A DNA stretch of 64,000 nucleotides from Alphaproteobacteria bacterium (GCA_965237415.1 CBDEFM010000002.1:2944001-3008000); one strand, 5' to 3'. Shown: positions 54,588 to 64,000, counted from the stretch's first letter. The notes: generated by a model not told the origin, from the sequence alone. Translations and numbers: made by a program.

Positions 54588-55661
54588 TTACAGGTGCGGG
54601 ACGACTTCGTCGGCGAGCAGGCGCATGGAGCGCCGCCAGCGAGCCTCGTCGTCCCAGTCGTGCGCGGTCGCGATCAGGGTGCCGAACTCGCCGACCTCTT
54701 CGCGAAAGGCCACGAGCTTCTCGGTCACGGTGCGGGGGCTGCCGGCGACGACCATTGCGTCCAGCATGTATTCGGTCGTGATCGCCTCGTCCGGCATGGC
54801 GGGGTCGTCCTTCAGCAGCGCGCCGAAGTCGGCATCCAGCAGCACCGTGCGCAGATAGTTGAAGTAGAAGGCGAGCGCGTTGTCGGGGTCGGCCAGATAG
54901 TCCTCGGCCTCGGCGTCGCTCTCGGTCACGAGGATGCTGCGGGCCGCACGCCAGATCGCGGGCTCGGGCCTGCGCCCGGCCGCTTCGCAGCCTTCGGCAT
55001 AGGCCTCCCAATGGGTCTTCACATGGCAGGCCGGGGTGAAATTCGCCGAGATCGGGATCCAGCCGTGCTCCCCGGCCGTCCGCGCGCTGCCCGACCGCGG
55101 GCTCATGATCGAGACCGCGATGGGCGGATGCGGCGTCTGGTACGGCCGGGCCATGACGCCGACGCCGAGGTCGCTGCGGTAGGCGTCCTGGATCTGAAAA
55201 TCCCAGTAGCCGCCGGGGAACGCGTAAGGCGGCTCCTGCGCCCAGATCTTCAGGATCGTCTCGATCGATTCCTGCATCATCTTCGGCCGGTCCGGCGGGT
55301 TGTTCAGCTTGAACATCTCGAAGTCGCTGGGCGAGCCGCCGGGCCCGATGCCGAAGATGAAGCGGCCCTGAGCAAGCTGATCGAACATCGCGGCATGGGC
55401 GGCGACGATCGCCGGGTGCTGCTGCGGCAGGTTGATCACGCCGGTGCCGAGCTTGATCCGCTTCGTGCGCTCGATCAGGGTCGCGAGGAAGATGAAGGGC
55501 GAGGTGATCTGCTCCGGCTTGTTGGAGTAGTGCTCGCCGACATAGACCTCCGCGAAGCCCAGCTCATCCGCCAGGACGATCGCGTCCTGATCCTCGCGCA
55601 GCACCGTGAGGAACGGCCTCTCCGGCCTGTGCAGCGGCATCATGAGCATGCCGAGTTCCAT
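54588..55661 (-). CDS. LLM-class flavin-dependent monooxygenase
   Basis: MMPLH, GFAEVYVGEH, IKLGTGVINLP, GIGPGG and PYQTPHPPI. Confidence 0.88.
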   Translation of the reverse strand: MELGMLMMPLHRPERPFLTVLREDQDAIVLADELGFAEVYVGEHYSNKPEQITSPFIFLATLIERTKRIKLGTGVINLPQQHPAIVAAHAAMFDQLAQGRFIFGIGPGGSPSDFEMFKLNNPPDRPKMMQESIETILKIWAQEPPYAFPGGYWDFQIQDAYRSDLGVGVMARPYQTPHPPIAVSIMSPRSGSARTAGEHGWIPISANFTPACHVKTHWEAYAEGCEAAGRRPEPAIWRAARSILVTESDAEAEDYLADPDNALAFYFNYLRTVLLDADFGALLKDDPAMPDEAITTEYMLDAMVVAGSPRTVTEKLVAFREEVGEFGTLIATAHDWDDEARWRRSMRLLADEVVPHL

Positions 55662-55836
55662 GGCTCTGCCTCCCGAAGCCGCTATCCGCCTGCCGTCCCC
55701 GATGCTCGCGCCGCCTACTCTAAATGAGAACCCCGCGGGCGGCCATTGAGGCCAGCTGCGGGTCTCTCCTGCTGTGGCGTCTCTGTGCGGGGTGCCATAA
55801 TGCCGGCTCGCATTTGTGGCAGAGGAGGGAGAGACC

Positions 55837-57081
55837 ATGGCCCAGCGCAAGCCGCTGAAGACGCTGCGTATCGGGATGATCGGCGCGGGCTTCATCGCCC
55901 GCTTCCACCTCGAATCCTTCACCGGCGTGCGCAACTGCGCCATCACCGGGGTCTACAGCCCGACGAAAGAGAGCCGCAGCGCGCTGGCCAAGCGCGCCGA
56001 CGAGCTCGGCCTTGGCCCCTGCACCGCCCATGCCTCGCTCGACAAGCTGATCCAGGCGAAGGATGTGGATGCGCTCTGGATCCTCTCGCCCAACGACATC
56101 CGGGTTGCCACCATGCAGGCGATCCACAAGGCGGTGAAGGGCGGCAAGAGGCTGCGCGGCATTGCCTGCGAGAAGCCGCTCGCGCGCAACCTCGCCGAGG
56201 CCCGCGCCATGGTCTCGCTTGCCGACGACGCCAGGCTCGCCACCGGCTATCTGGAGAACCAGGTATTCTCGACGGCGGTCGAGCGCGGCAAGGAGATCAT
56301 CTGGCGCCGCGCCGTACCGCTCACCGGCCGGCCCTATCTCGCGCGCGCGGCCGAGGAGCATTCCGGCCCGCACATGCCCTGGTTCTGGCAGGGCGAGAAG
56401 CAGGGCGGCGGCGTGCTCTCCGACATGATGTGCCATTCGGTGGAGGTGGCGCGCCACATGCTGACCGCGCCGGACGAGGCGCGCGATGCGCTCACGGTGA
56501 AGAGCGTCAACGCCACCGTCGCCAATCTCAAGTGGACCCGGCCGGCCTATGTGCGGCGGCTCAAGCGAGAGATGGGGCGCGAGGTCGACTATGGCCGCCG
56601 GCCCGCCGAGGATTTCGCGCGCGGCACGCTGGTGCTGGAGGACCCGGACGGCAACGAGGCGATGATCGAAACCACCACGTCCTGGGCCTATGTGGGTGCG
56701 GGGCTCCGCATCCAGCTTGAGTTATTGGGGCCGGAGTATTCGATGGAGTTCTCCTCCCTCGGCACCGGGCTCAAGGTCTTCATCTCGCGTGCGGTCAAGG
56801 GCGCCGCCGGCGAAGACCTGGTGGAGAAGCAGAACGCGGAGCAGGGCCTGATGCCGGCGCTGGAGGACGAGGCCGGGGTCTACGGCTACACCAGCGAGAA
56901 CCGCCACATGGTGGAATGCTTCCGCACCGGCGTGACACCCGCCGAGACCTTCCGCGACGGGCTCGCGGTGACGGAGATCCTGATGGCGCTCTACCGCTCC
57001 GCCGAGCTGGAGCGCACCGTGCACTTCGGTGAGGAGGATTTGGGGGACTACATCCCGCCGGTGGCCAGGGCCGCTTCTTGA
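55837..57081 (+). CDS. Gfo/Idh/MocA-family oxidoreductase
   Basis: GMIGAGFIA, CEKPLA and GGGVLSDMMCH. Confidence 0.9.
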   Translation: MAQRKPLKTLRIGMIGAGFIARFHLESFTGVRNCAITGVYSPTKESRSALAKRADELGLGPCTAHASLDKLIQAKDVDALWILSPNDIRVATMQAIHKAVKGGKRLRGIACEKPLARNLAEARAMVSLADDARLATGYLENQVFSTAVERGKEIIWRRAVPLTGRPYLARAAEEHSGPHMPWFWQGEKQGGGVLSDMMCHSVEVARHMLTAPDEARDALTVKSVNATVANLKWTRPAYVRRLKREMGREVDYGRRPAEDFARGTLVLEDPDGNEAMIETTTSWAYVGAGLRIQLELLGPEYSMEFSSLGTGLKVFISRAVKGAAGEDLVEKQNAEQGLMPALEDEAGVYGYTSENRHMVECFRTGVTPAETFRDGLAVTEILMALYRSAELERTVHFGEEDLGDYIPPVARAAS

Positions 57082-57500
57082 CTACGGCGTGACGTCGCCC
57101 TTGCGGAACTGGCGCAGGAACGCCCAGATCTCTTCCGCGCTCTCGATGTCGCGGTTGTGGGTGCCGGACCATCCGCGCCACGCGGCGGGGTGAGGCTCAA
57201 GGCTCGGCCAGTTGTGGCCGCCGCCTTCGACCCGGAGCAGCTTGACGGCGCTCGGGATCCCGCAGCCGGTCCAGACGACTTCGAGGACGCGGCCCCCATC
57301 TCCTGTGTTCCGGTCGTCTCGAAGTTTGGCCACCTGGCCCGTGCAGCCGTGGAGCAGGCGGAAATGCTCCATGGTCTCGGGGATCGAGATCTCCCGCGCG
57401 GTCGGGAACAGCCAACCGTCATAGGGCACGCTTCTGTCGTTCGTACCAGCGATGGCCAGGAGGGGGATCGGAACGGTCGCCGCGCAGGTGTCGCGGTGCA
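57082..57500 (-). pseudogene. C-terminal fragment of an LpqC/PHB-depolymerase-like esterase
   Basis: IAGTNDRSVPYDG, VEGGGHNWP and DIESAEEIWAF. The N-terminal half with the catalytic Ser is absent. Confidence 0.7.
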
Positions 57501-57912
57501 CCTCGGTGTCTACGGCGACCTCACCATGCGCCACAACATGCAGCTGCCGCTCCAGCACAGCCTCTCGGGCGAGGCGATGGATGCGGAGATCGCGCGGCTG
57601 CTCGAGCGGCTCAACCTCGCCGGCACCGAGGATCGCCGCGAGGCTGAGCTTTCGCACGGTCAGCGGCAGTGGCTCGCCATCGGCATGGCGCTCGCCATGC
57701 GGCCGGTACTCCTTCTGCTCGACGAGCCGACCGCCGGCATGGGGCCTGAGGAAACCCGGGCCACCGGCGCGCTCGTCCACTCCGTCCATGAGGAAGGCGT
57801 CACGATTGTCGTCGTCGAGCACGACATGGCATTCGTGGGTGGTGGGTCAGTTTGAAAATGTCCGAGTCTCGCCATGCTGGCACGCGGACGGCAGGCGTGC
57901 CATATTCATGAC

Positions 57913-58128
57913 ATGGCTAGAGCCAAGCGCCCCCGCGACACCAACCAGCTCGCCAAGCTCATCGTGGACGTGACAACGGGTGAGGCGGATGGCAGCGCAT
58001 CAGATGTCAATGAGGCACAACAACGAGGCGGTCGCACAGGCGGAAAGTCGCGGGCCAAGAAACTCAGCCCCGAACAACGTAGCGAAATCGCACGCACTGC
58101 TGCAAGTGCGCGGTGGAAAAAGCACTAG
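57913..58128 (+). CDS. Small basic IS-associated protein (71 aa)
   Basis: KRPRDTNQLAKLIVD...GGRTGGKSRAKKLSPEQRSEIARTAASARW. Confidence 0.75.
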   Translation: MARAKRPRDTNQLAKLIVDVTTGEADGSASDVNEAQQRGGRTGGKSRAKKLSPEQRSEIARTAASARWKKH

Positions 58129-58625
58129 GCCTTTCTGACAACACCACCCTCTGACTCTGACTTTTCGGCCAACCGTTGCTCAACCACATCGTCGGTGAAG
58201 TCAGCGAAGAAGTTCAACTGCGGATTATCTTTGTGCACTCGATTCATTCTGTCCACATCACACACTGCGCGGTATACATCGTTTGCGATTGCTTCGCGGC
58301 GTTGTCTAACCGACTTCTGACGGAGTGATGGGGAGCCGCCCGTGTCAGTATCGAAGTAGTGCTTAATTACCTCCCCACTCTCAAACAATGAGGCAGACTG
58401 AAAAGCGCGATAGGTAAAGCCGCCTTCGACATCACGCCGCCTGGCCTGCCTCAGCGATTGAGTAACCTGACGGCGAAGCATCTTCCTTACATCCTGCGGA
58501 CGCGGCACTAGCTTCCTATTTGCCACTGCCCAATCCACGAAATCGTCAGGATCGCCTGAACCCTGCCCAGTCTCGGCCTCCCATTCTTGCCAAAGTCGCA
58601 CAATTTGTTCATCGAAGCGCGCCAT
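58125..58625 (-). CDS. Hypothetical protein (166 aa), third gene of the higBA-like operon
   Basis: RBS GGGAG. Starts 11 nt after the higA-like stop. Helical, globular-looking sequence. Confidence 0.75.
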   Translation of the reverse strand: MARFDEQIVRLWQEWEAETGQGSGDPDDFVDWAVANRKLVPRPQDVRKMLRRQVTQSLRQARRRDVEGGFTYRAFQSASLFESGEVIKHYFDTDTGGSPSLRQKSVRQRREAIANDVYRAVCDVDRMNRVHKDNPQLNFFADFTDDVVEQRLAEKSESEGGVVRKA

Positions 58626-58636
58626 TTCTAGTCTCC

Positions 58637-59776
58637 CTAGAGTTCAACGGGGGCTTCTTTACCCCATCCGTCTACGCTTTCCCATTCCATAAGGTACTTT
58701 CGGACTGCGAAGAGATGCTTTCTCAGCCAATTGTATTTTTTGGTCTGGTTTTGAATTTGGCCGACAACAACTGAGGGATTGATCTCGACCCTCGCTGCGA
58801 ATCGTAACATGTCTAGTTCTGAGATGAATGGGCTCTTCCGCAGGATGAACGATGACAATAGCCCCTGCGGGACGCAGAACTCCGCTGCCGCCGCGTTGGC
58901 AAGGCGCTCGCAATCCGGCAAATCGTCGTCTAAGCCGCCCTCCACGCTCTCGTCCACTGGTGCAAAAGTTTGCTCACGCCCATCGCCGCGCAGAACATGT
59001 TCGATTTCGTGCCGCAGCACAAAGCACAAATTATCCAGTCGATCCAGTCGGTTCGTTAGGCCGATGACGGGCTGTCCATCAAGCCAGAGGCAGACGCCAT
59101 CAATTTTGGAACGGGGCAGAGATTCAACGAGAACCACGCGTACACCGTGCCGCTTAAGGAACGAGGGAATATGACGCAAGTCATCCCGGTCAATGAAATG
59201 AGCCCGCAGAGCGGGGAGCGCCGCGCGCAGAGACGCTTCTGAATAGCTGGGGCAATCGACGGTCTCTGCAATTTGTTTGACGCGGTGTAGCCACACATAT
59301 TGAATTGGTGTTACATCGCTGTAGGAAGATTTTTTTGCCATGTGCGAGACTACGGGAGCATTGCTAACAAATGGCACATCATTTCTGTGATCCTTCCCGA
59401 AGAAACGAATCATTTGAAGCTCAAGGAGGTTAGTGTCGCAGTCGTCAATCCAGCCACGCTTGATCATCTCCCTCACCGGAAAAAACGCTGTCCATGATGC
59501 ACGGGTCTTGACGCCTGGATCTGCCTTCTGAGCTTTCCCGAGTTTGTACATTCCCTGGAGGTTCAAAAAAAACTCGGGAGGAACGTCGAAGGCATCCGCG
59601 AGCAGGACTGCGGACTCCGTGGTCACGTTGGTCTTACCCTTGATCAAGCGATTAAGGTGCGCTGTATCCCACCCGAGCACAAACGCTAGGTCAGCCTGCG
59701 CCCAGCCACGAGCTTCAATTTCCTCCGCGATGAACTCGCCAGGGTGTTCTGTGGGCAGCCTTTCAACGTTTGCCAT
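58637..59776 (-). CDS. HigA-type HTH fused to an ImmA/IrrE zinc-metallopeptidase domain
   Basis: HPGEFIAEEI..GWAQADLA..LNRLIKGK, KIDG, LRHEIEH (HExxH) and ERLANAAA. Confidence 0.88.
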   Translation of the reverse strand: MANVERLPTEHPGEFIAEEIEARGWAQADLAFVLGWDTAHLNRLIKGKTNVTTESAVLLADAFDVPPEFFLNLQGMYKLGKAQKADPGVKTRASWTAFFPVREMIKRGWIDDCDTNLLELQMIRFFGKDHRNDVPFVSNAPVVSHMAKKSSYSDVTPIQYVWLHRVKQIAETVDCPSYSEASLRAALPALRAHFIDRDDLRHIPSFLKRHGVRVVLVESLPRSKIDGVCLWLDGQPVIGLTNRLDRLDNLCFVLRHEIEHVLRGDGREQTFAPVDESVEGGLDDDLPDCERLANAAAAEFCVPQGLLSSFILRKSPFISELDMLRFAARVEINPSVVVGQIQNQTKKYNWLRKHLFAVRKYLMEWESVDGWGKEAPVEL

Positions 59777-60072
59777 TAGTGGTAGTCCTCAATGCTCAAT
59801 ATCGTGATGGTCTGGGGATCAGCGTTCTCATCCAGAGAGAATACCATTCGGTATTTTTCGTTCAGTCGGATCGAACGTGTCCCCTCACGATTTCCCCTGA
59901 GTTTCTTGTAGTGCAGACTATTCCAGTTGAGCAGTGCCCGGTCATCTGGAGCCGCTCGCAAAACGGTCAGTTTCCGGCGCGCGGATTTGATGACACCAAC
60001 TGGCAGGCGAGTTTCCCCTGCCCTTTCGGTTTCGATCAGAGCAAGCATCTCGTCTGCGAACACCACATCCAT
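59776..60072 (-). CDS. higB: HigB/RelE-type toxin (plasmid maintenance killer family)
   Basis: SLHYKKLRGNREGTRSIRLNEKYRMVF...IEDYH. TAATG coupling to the higA-like gene. Confidence 0.88.
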   Translation of the reverse strand: MDVVFADEMLALIETERAGETRLPVGVIKSARRKLTVLRAAPDDRALLNWNSLHYKKLRGNREGTRSIRLNEKYRMVFSLDENADPQTITILSIEDYH

Positions 60073-60146
60073 GTGGACGCCTCTAACATACTGCAATCAA
60101 TAGTGCAAAGAGAAATTGATGAGGCGATACAATTGCGAGTATATGC

Positions 60147-60180
60147 TTGACATTGGTCAGAATGAAACTATGCTGAACGT
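60147..60180 (+). promoter_or_regulatory. Putative sigma70 promoter of the transposase (leaderless)
   Basis: TTGACA-16 nt-TATGCT-6 nt-ATG. No SD. Confidence 0.55.
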
Positions 60181-61071
60181 ATGAGAAAGTTAAACACCAA
60201 GACACGCACTCTGATCCTCCGCTGCCTGGTGGAAGGCATGAGCATTCGGTCCACGGCCCGCACGGCGGACGTGAGCAAGAACACGGTCATGAAGCTGTTG
60301 GTCGACGCCGGCAAGACCTGCGCGGCATATCAAGATCGTGCGCTCCGCGATCTACCGTGCCGCCGCATCCAGGTAGATGAGATCTGGTCGTTCATCTACG
60401 CCAAGGACAAAAACGTGGAGCGCGCGAAGGCCGCGCCGGCTGAGGCTGGCGACGTGTGGACGTGGACGGCCATCGACGCGGAAACCAAGCTGGTGCCGTC
60501 CTGGCGGGTTGGGGATCGCTCAGGTGAGACCGCTATCGACTTCATGGACGATCTGCGCGAACGGTTGGCAGGGCGGGTGCAACTCACCAGCGACGGCCAC
60601 AAGGCATACTTGGAAGCCGTCGAAGGCACATTCGGCGGCGATGTGGACTACGCCATGTTGGTAAAGTTGTACGGCAGAGAAAGCGGCGTATCGTCTGAGA
60701 AGCGCTACAGCCCGGCGGTATGCACTGGCATTCGCAAGCGCCGGATCGAAGGCAGCCCGGACCCAGCGCACGTCTCGACCAGCTACGCTGAGCGCAACAA
60801 CCTCACTATGCGGACGTCGATGCGCCGGTTCACACGGCTGACCAACGCCTTTTCAAAGAATATCGAGAACCACGCGCACAGCGTCGCGTTGCACTTCATG
60901 TACTACAACTTCTGCCGTCAGCATAAGAGCCTTGACGGAATCAGCCCCGCGATGGCCGCTGGCGTTACGGATCGGCTGTGGGACATCGAAGACATCGTGC
61001 GGCTGGTAGACGACGCGGCACCCAAGCCGAAGCGTCCGGCCACCTATCGCAAGCGGACGATTTCAAAGTGA
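60181..61071 (+). CDS. IS1-family DDE transposase (single ORF)
   Basis: HTH (GMSIRSTAR), then VDEIWSFI, TSDG, ERNNLTMR..RRFTRLT and YNFCRQH. Stop lies inside the right IR. Confidence 0.92.
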   Translation: MRKLNTKTRTLILRCLVEGMSIRSTARTADVSKNTVMKLLVDAGKTCAAYQDRALRDLPCRRIQVDEIWSFIYAKDKNVERAKAAPAEAGDVWTWTAIDAETKLVPSWRVGDRSGETAIDFMDDLRERLAGRVQLTSDGHKAYLEAVEGTFGGDVDYAMLVKLYGRESGVSSEKRYSPAVCTGIRKRRIEGSPDPAHVSTSYAERNNLTMRTSMRRFTRLTNAFSKNIENHAHSVALHFMYYNFCRQHKSLDGISPAMAAGVTDRLWDIEDIVRLVDDAAPKPKRPATYRKRTISK

Positions 61072-61262
61072 CCCACTACCCATTCGTGCGCCAGCTTGGC
61101 GCACCGGTTACCGTGCTTCACTACGGGCGGGTGTTCGCCGAGGGATCGCTCGCGGCGATCGAGGGCAACGAGGACGTTCGCAACATCTATCTCGGCGCGT
61201 CACGGACGATGGCCGTACGTGGCCGCCACCACTGAGAACCGCAGACCAGGGGAGAAGAGGCG

Positions 61263-62252
61263 ATGCAGACGATCAAGCGGGGCGAGATTCCGAGCAAGTA
61301 CGCCTTCGACTGGGAGGACGAACCGGCGCTCAGGGTGGCGCAGGGGGAGGCGTTTCAGCTGGAGACCGACGATGCGCTCTCCGGCCTCATCGCCGACGAC
61401 GGCGACGACCCGCTGGTGCACAACTTCACCGGCGAGCATGTGGTGGCGCTGCAGAGCGTCTGGCCGCCCAAATACAACCCCGTGGTCGGCCCGATCTATG
61501 TCGAGGGCTGCGAGCGGGGGGATACGCTCGCCGTTCGTATCGACTCCATCGATCCCTGGCGCTACGGCTTCTCCGGCATCCTGCCTGGTATCGGGCCGTT
61601 GGGAGATTCGAAGCGCTGGGCGGAGTGCTCGGAACCGCACGTGCAGGTGATCGAGCATTTTCCCGGCCCGAGCGGCCACACGCGGGACGGCACCGGCCGC
61701 TATTCCGACAAGCTCACGTGGGACCTGATGCCCTTCTGCGGCACGCTTGCGTGTGCGCCGGAGCGCGAGGTGTTCACCTCGCTCCTCGGCCAGGGGCCCT
61801 TCGGCGGCAATATCGACTGCCGGGACGTCTGCGCCGGGCACACGATCTATCTGAACGCCTATCACGAGGGCGGCCTGCTCTACGTGGGCGACATGCACGG
61901 CGGGCAGGGCGACACCGAGTTCACGGGCATCGCCGACGAGACGCGGGCGACAATCCAGCTGAGCGCCACGGTGATCAAGAACAAGCACGCGCCCTGCGTG
62001 CGGATCGAGAAGCCGGACAGCATCGTGGCGGTGGGGATCAACCTGCCGATGGAGCACGCGGTCTACGACGCCTGCGACAACATGATGCAGTGGCTCAGGG
62101 ACGACTACGGCATCAGTGGAAAGGACATGTACATCCGCATGTCCTGCGACCCCGCGTTCCGTGTCCGCACCTATCAGATGGTGCGCGCGGTGACGATCCA
62201 GCACGTCGTCGGTGCCGAGTATCCCAAGGGGCGCCTTATCCCCGCATTCTGA
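61263..62252 (+). CDS. Acetamidase/formamidase family protein
   Basis: NPVVGPIYVEG, GGNIDC and GDMHGGQGDTE. Confidence 0.88.
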   Translation: MQTIKRGEIPSKYAFDWEDEPALRVAQGEAFQLETDDALSGLIADDGDDPLVHNFTGEHVVALQSVWPPKYNPVVGPIYVEGCERGDTLAVRIDSIDPWRYGFSGILPGIGPLGDSKRWAECSEPHVQVIEHFPGPSGHTRDGTGRYSDKLTWDLMPFCGTLACAPEREVFTSLLGQGPFGGNIDCRDVCAGHTIYLNAYHEGGLLYVGDMHGGQGDTEFTGIADETRATIQLSATVIKNKHAPCVRIEKPDSIVAVGINLPMEHAVYDACDNMMQWLRDDYGISGKDMYIRMSCDPAFRVRTYQMVRAVTIQHVVGAEYPKGRLIPAF

Positions 62253-62302
62253 GGTCTCTGGCTCGGCCCTCGGCAACGGCAAACGGAGAGGAGTTTGCGG
62301 AG

Positions 62303-63457
62303 TTGGAAACGACGGGTTTGAGCGGAAGCGCCGGGTGCTTCGTCGGGCGCGTGTGGGCGCCCGGCGAGGGGCCGCTGGTCGTGGCGCTCCGGGACGATGC
62401 GCTCTACGACATCACTTCGCGCGCAGCACCCACCATGACGGATGTGCTGGAGCAGGATGACCCGGCCGCGTTCGTGAAGGGGCAAGCCGGCCGCTCCCTC
62501 GGCACCCTGGGCGATCTGGAAGCCGAGAGCATGGCGGCAGGGTCCGATCCGGGCCGGCGACATTTTCTGGCACCCAACGACCTTCAGGCGGTCAAGGCCT
62601 GCGGCGTCACCTTCGCCGGCTCCATGCTGGAACGGGTGATCGAAGAGCGCGCCGAAGGCGACACGACCCGGGCGCGCGCTATTCGCGAGCGCATCGGCGC
62701 GATGATCGGCGACCGTCTCGGCAACGTCCGGCCGGGCTCGGAGGAAGCCGCTCAGGTGAAGTCCGCCCTGATCGCGGAGGGCATCTGGTCCCAGTATCTC
62801 GAAGTCGGCATCGGCCCCTACGCCGAGGTGTTCTCCAAGGCGCAGCCGATGTCTGCGGTGGGGTGGGGAGCGCCGGTGGGCCTGCATCCGGACTCGAACT
62901 GGAACAACCCGGAGCCCGAGATCGTTCTGGCGGTAGCCAGCGATGGGCGAATCAAGGGCGCTGCGCTCGGGAACGACGTCAACCTGCGCGATTTCGAAGG
63001 GCGGTCTGCGCTTCTCTTGAGCAAGGCCAAGGACAACAACGCGTCCGCCGCGATCGGGCCGTTCATCCGCCTGTTCGACGAGAGCTATTCGCTGGACGAT
63101 GTCCGCCGCGCCGAGCTGACGCTCAAGGTCGAGGGGCGGGACGGCTTCGTCCTCGGCGGGACCTCGTCCATGGTTGAGATCAGCCGCGACCCGGAGGACC
63201 TCGTGGTGCAGACCTGCGGTGCGCATCACCAGTATCCCGACGGCTTCATGCTCTATCTGGGCACCCTCTTCGCGCCGACGGAGGACAGGGACGTGCCGGG
63301 CGAAGGCTTCACCCACAAGGCGGGCGATGTGGTCGCCATCTCCACGCCGGAACTCGGAGCCCTGGTGAACACCGTGCAGCGTGCGCCCGATTGCCGGCCG
63401 TGGGTCTTCGGCGCGCGGGCGCTGATGCGCTCTCTCGCCGAGCGTCAGCTGGTATGA
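62303..63457 (+). CDS. Fumarylacetoacetate-hydrolase-family protein
   Basis: KACGVTFA, WNNPEPE, GNDVNLRDFEGRSALLL and GFTHK. TTG start approximate. Confidence 0.87.
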   Translation: METTGLSGSAGCFVGRVWAPGEGPLVVALRDDALYDITSRAAPTMTDVLEQDDPAAFVKGQAGRSLGTLGDLEAESMAAGSDPGRRHFLAPNDLQAVKACGVTFAGSMLERVIEERAEGDTTRARAIRERIGAMIGDRLGNVRPGSEEAAQVKSALIAEGIWSQYLEVGIGPYAEVFSKAQPMSAVGWGAPVGLHPDSNWNNPEPEIVLAVASDGRIKGAALGNDVNLRDFEGRSALLLSKAKDNNASAAIGPFIRLFDESYSLDDVRRAELTLKVEGRDGFVLGGTSSMVEISRDPEDLVVQTCGAHHQYPDGFMLYLGTLFAPTEDRDVPGEGFTHKAGDVVAISTPELGALVNTVQRAPDCRPWVFGARALMRSLAERQLV

Positions 63458-63632
63458 CCGGGTGGGCCGGCGCGTCAGGCGGCGGGTGAGGAGGAAGCAG
63501 TCGACTTCGGCGTGGCCGAGCAGGGCCTCGCAGACCTGCCAGCGAATGTCGCCGATTGTCGTTGTCTCAGGGGCGACGGCCCGATTCTCGGCTGTCCTTG
63601 CCAAATTTTGTCAATGCCGTTAGCGTCGCACC

Positions 63633-63872
63633 ATGAGCACGATGAACGTATCGCTGCCCGAAGCCCTAAAGGACTTCGTGGAGGATCAGGTCAGCGCGCG
63701 CGGTTACAGCACGTCAAGCGAGTACGTCCGCGAACTGATTCGCAAGGATCAGGATCGGCAGCGCTTGCGCGGCCTGCTTCTCGAAGGGGCGGCATCGTCG
63801 CAAGCGGCCACGGCCGATGCGGACTACTTTGACCGGCTCCGAGATCGGGTCCTCGAAGCCGGCCGGCGGTGA
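63633..63872 (+). CDS. parD: ParD-type RHH antitoxin
   Basis: MNVSLPEALKDFV...YSTSSEYVRELIR...LLLEGA. An upstream inverted repeat TTGCCAAATTTTGTCAA is a possible operator. Confidence 0.88.
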   Translation: MSTMNVSLPEALKDFVEDQVSARGYSTSSEYVRELIRKDQDRQRLRGLLLEGAASSQAATADADYFDRLRDRVLEAGRR

Positions 63873-64000
63873 GGGGCAAGCCGGTCGTCCTTCGCGAGCG
63901 GGCGCGGCGCGATATCGATGAGGCGATCGAGCACTATCTGTCGGGGGCGGAACCGGCGGTTGCGCTCGACCTTGTCGACGCGCTGGAAGACGCCCTCCGG
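63869..64000 (+). CDS. parE: ParE/RelE toxin (3' end lies outside the window)
   Basis: GTGA overlap. KPVVLRERARRDIDEAIEHYL. Confidence 0.82.
   Translation, partial: MRGKPVVLRERARRDIDEAIEHYLSGAEPAVALDLVDALEDALR

Larger units (their letters stand above)
57838..61080 (+). mobile_element. IS1-family element carrying passenger genes (transporter IS)
   Basis: IRs GGTGGTGGGTCAGTTTGAAA and GGTAGTGGGTCACTTTGAAA (20 bp, 2 mismatches). 8-bp TSD CATTCGTG at 57830-57837 and 61081-61088. Confidence 0.95.
57500..61235 (+). pseudogene. 5'-truncated UrtD/LivG-like ABC ATPase split by the IS
   Basis: LSHGQRQWLAIGM..DEPTAGM..VEHDMAFV runs to 57837 and resumes as FVRQLGAPVTVLHYGRVFAEG..VRNIYLG after 61080. 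No Walker A. Confidence 0.85.

Overview
High-GC alphaproteobacterial chromosome segment. The lineage is inferred from the trxB-lysR(LsrB/VtlR-like), aapJQMP and rsmI-yraN-BON-gshB gene order. Housekeeping blocks (aspartate aminotransferase, msrP, trxB, aap, rsmI/yraN/gshB, tRNA-Gly, DEAD helicase) are mixed with many amide and N-heterocycle catabolic genes: DMFase subunits, an Urt-like amide ABC transporter, a hydantoinase/carbamoylase/racemase operon, a formamidase, two LLM oxidoreductases and a ThDP enzyme. Accessory elements: (i) a degenerate group II intron (2613-5019) inserted antisense in a tiny ORF, next to a ClpP-fold SDH protease and a small upstream ORF; (ii) a SocA/SocB-like type VI TA pair; (iii) an IS1-family transporter element (57838-61080, 20-bp IRs, 8-bp TSD) carrying a HigB / HigA-IrrE / unknown three-gene operon; (iv) PIN-RHH and ParDE TA pairs. 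The most promising uncharacterised systems are a B12-dependent mutase-like enzyme with a MutL/GlmL-type reactivase and an SDR (42837-46848), and the IS-borne three-gene operon. Several deletion scars indicate gene erosion or misassembly. All family assignments come from motif recognition by eye; no database searches were run.
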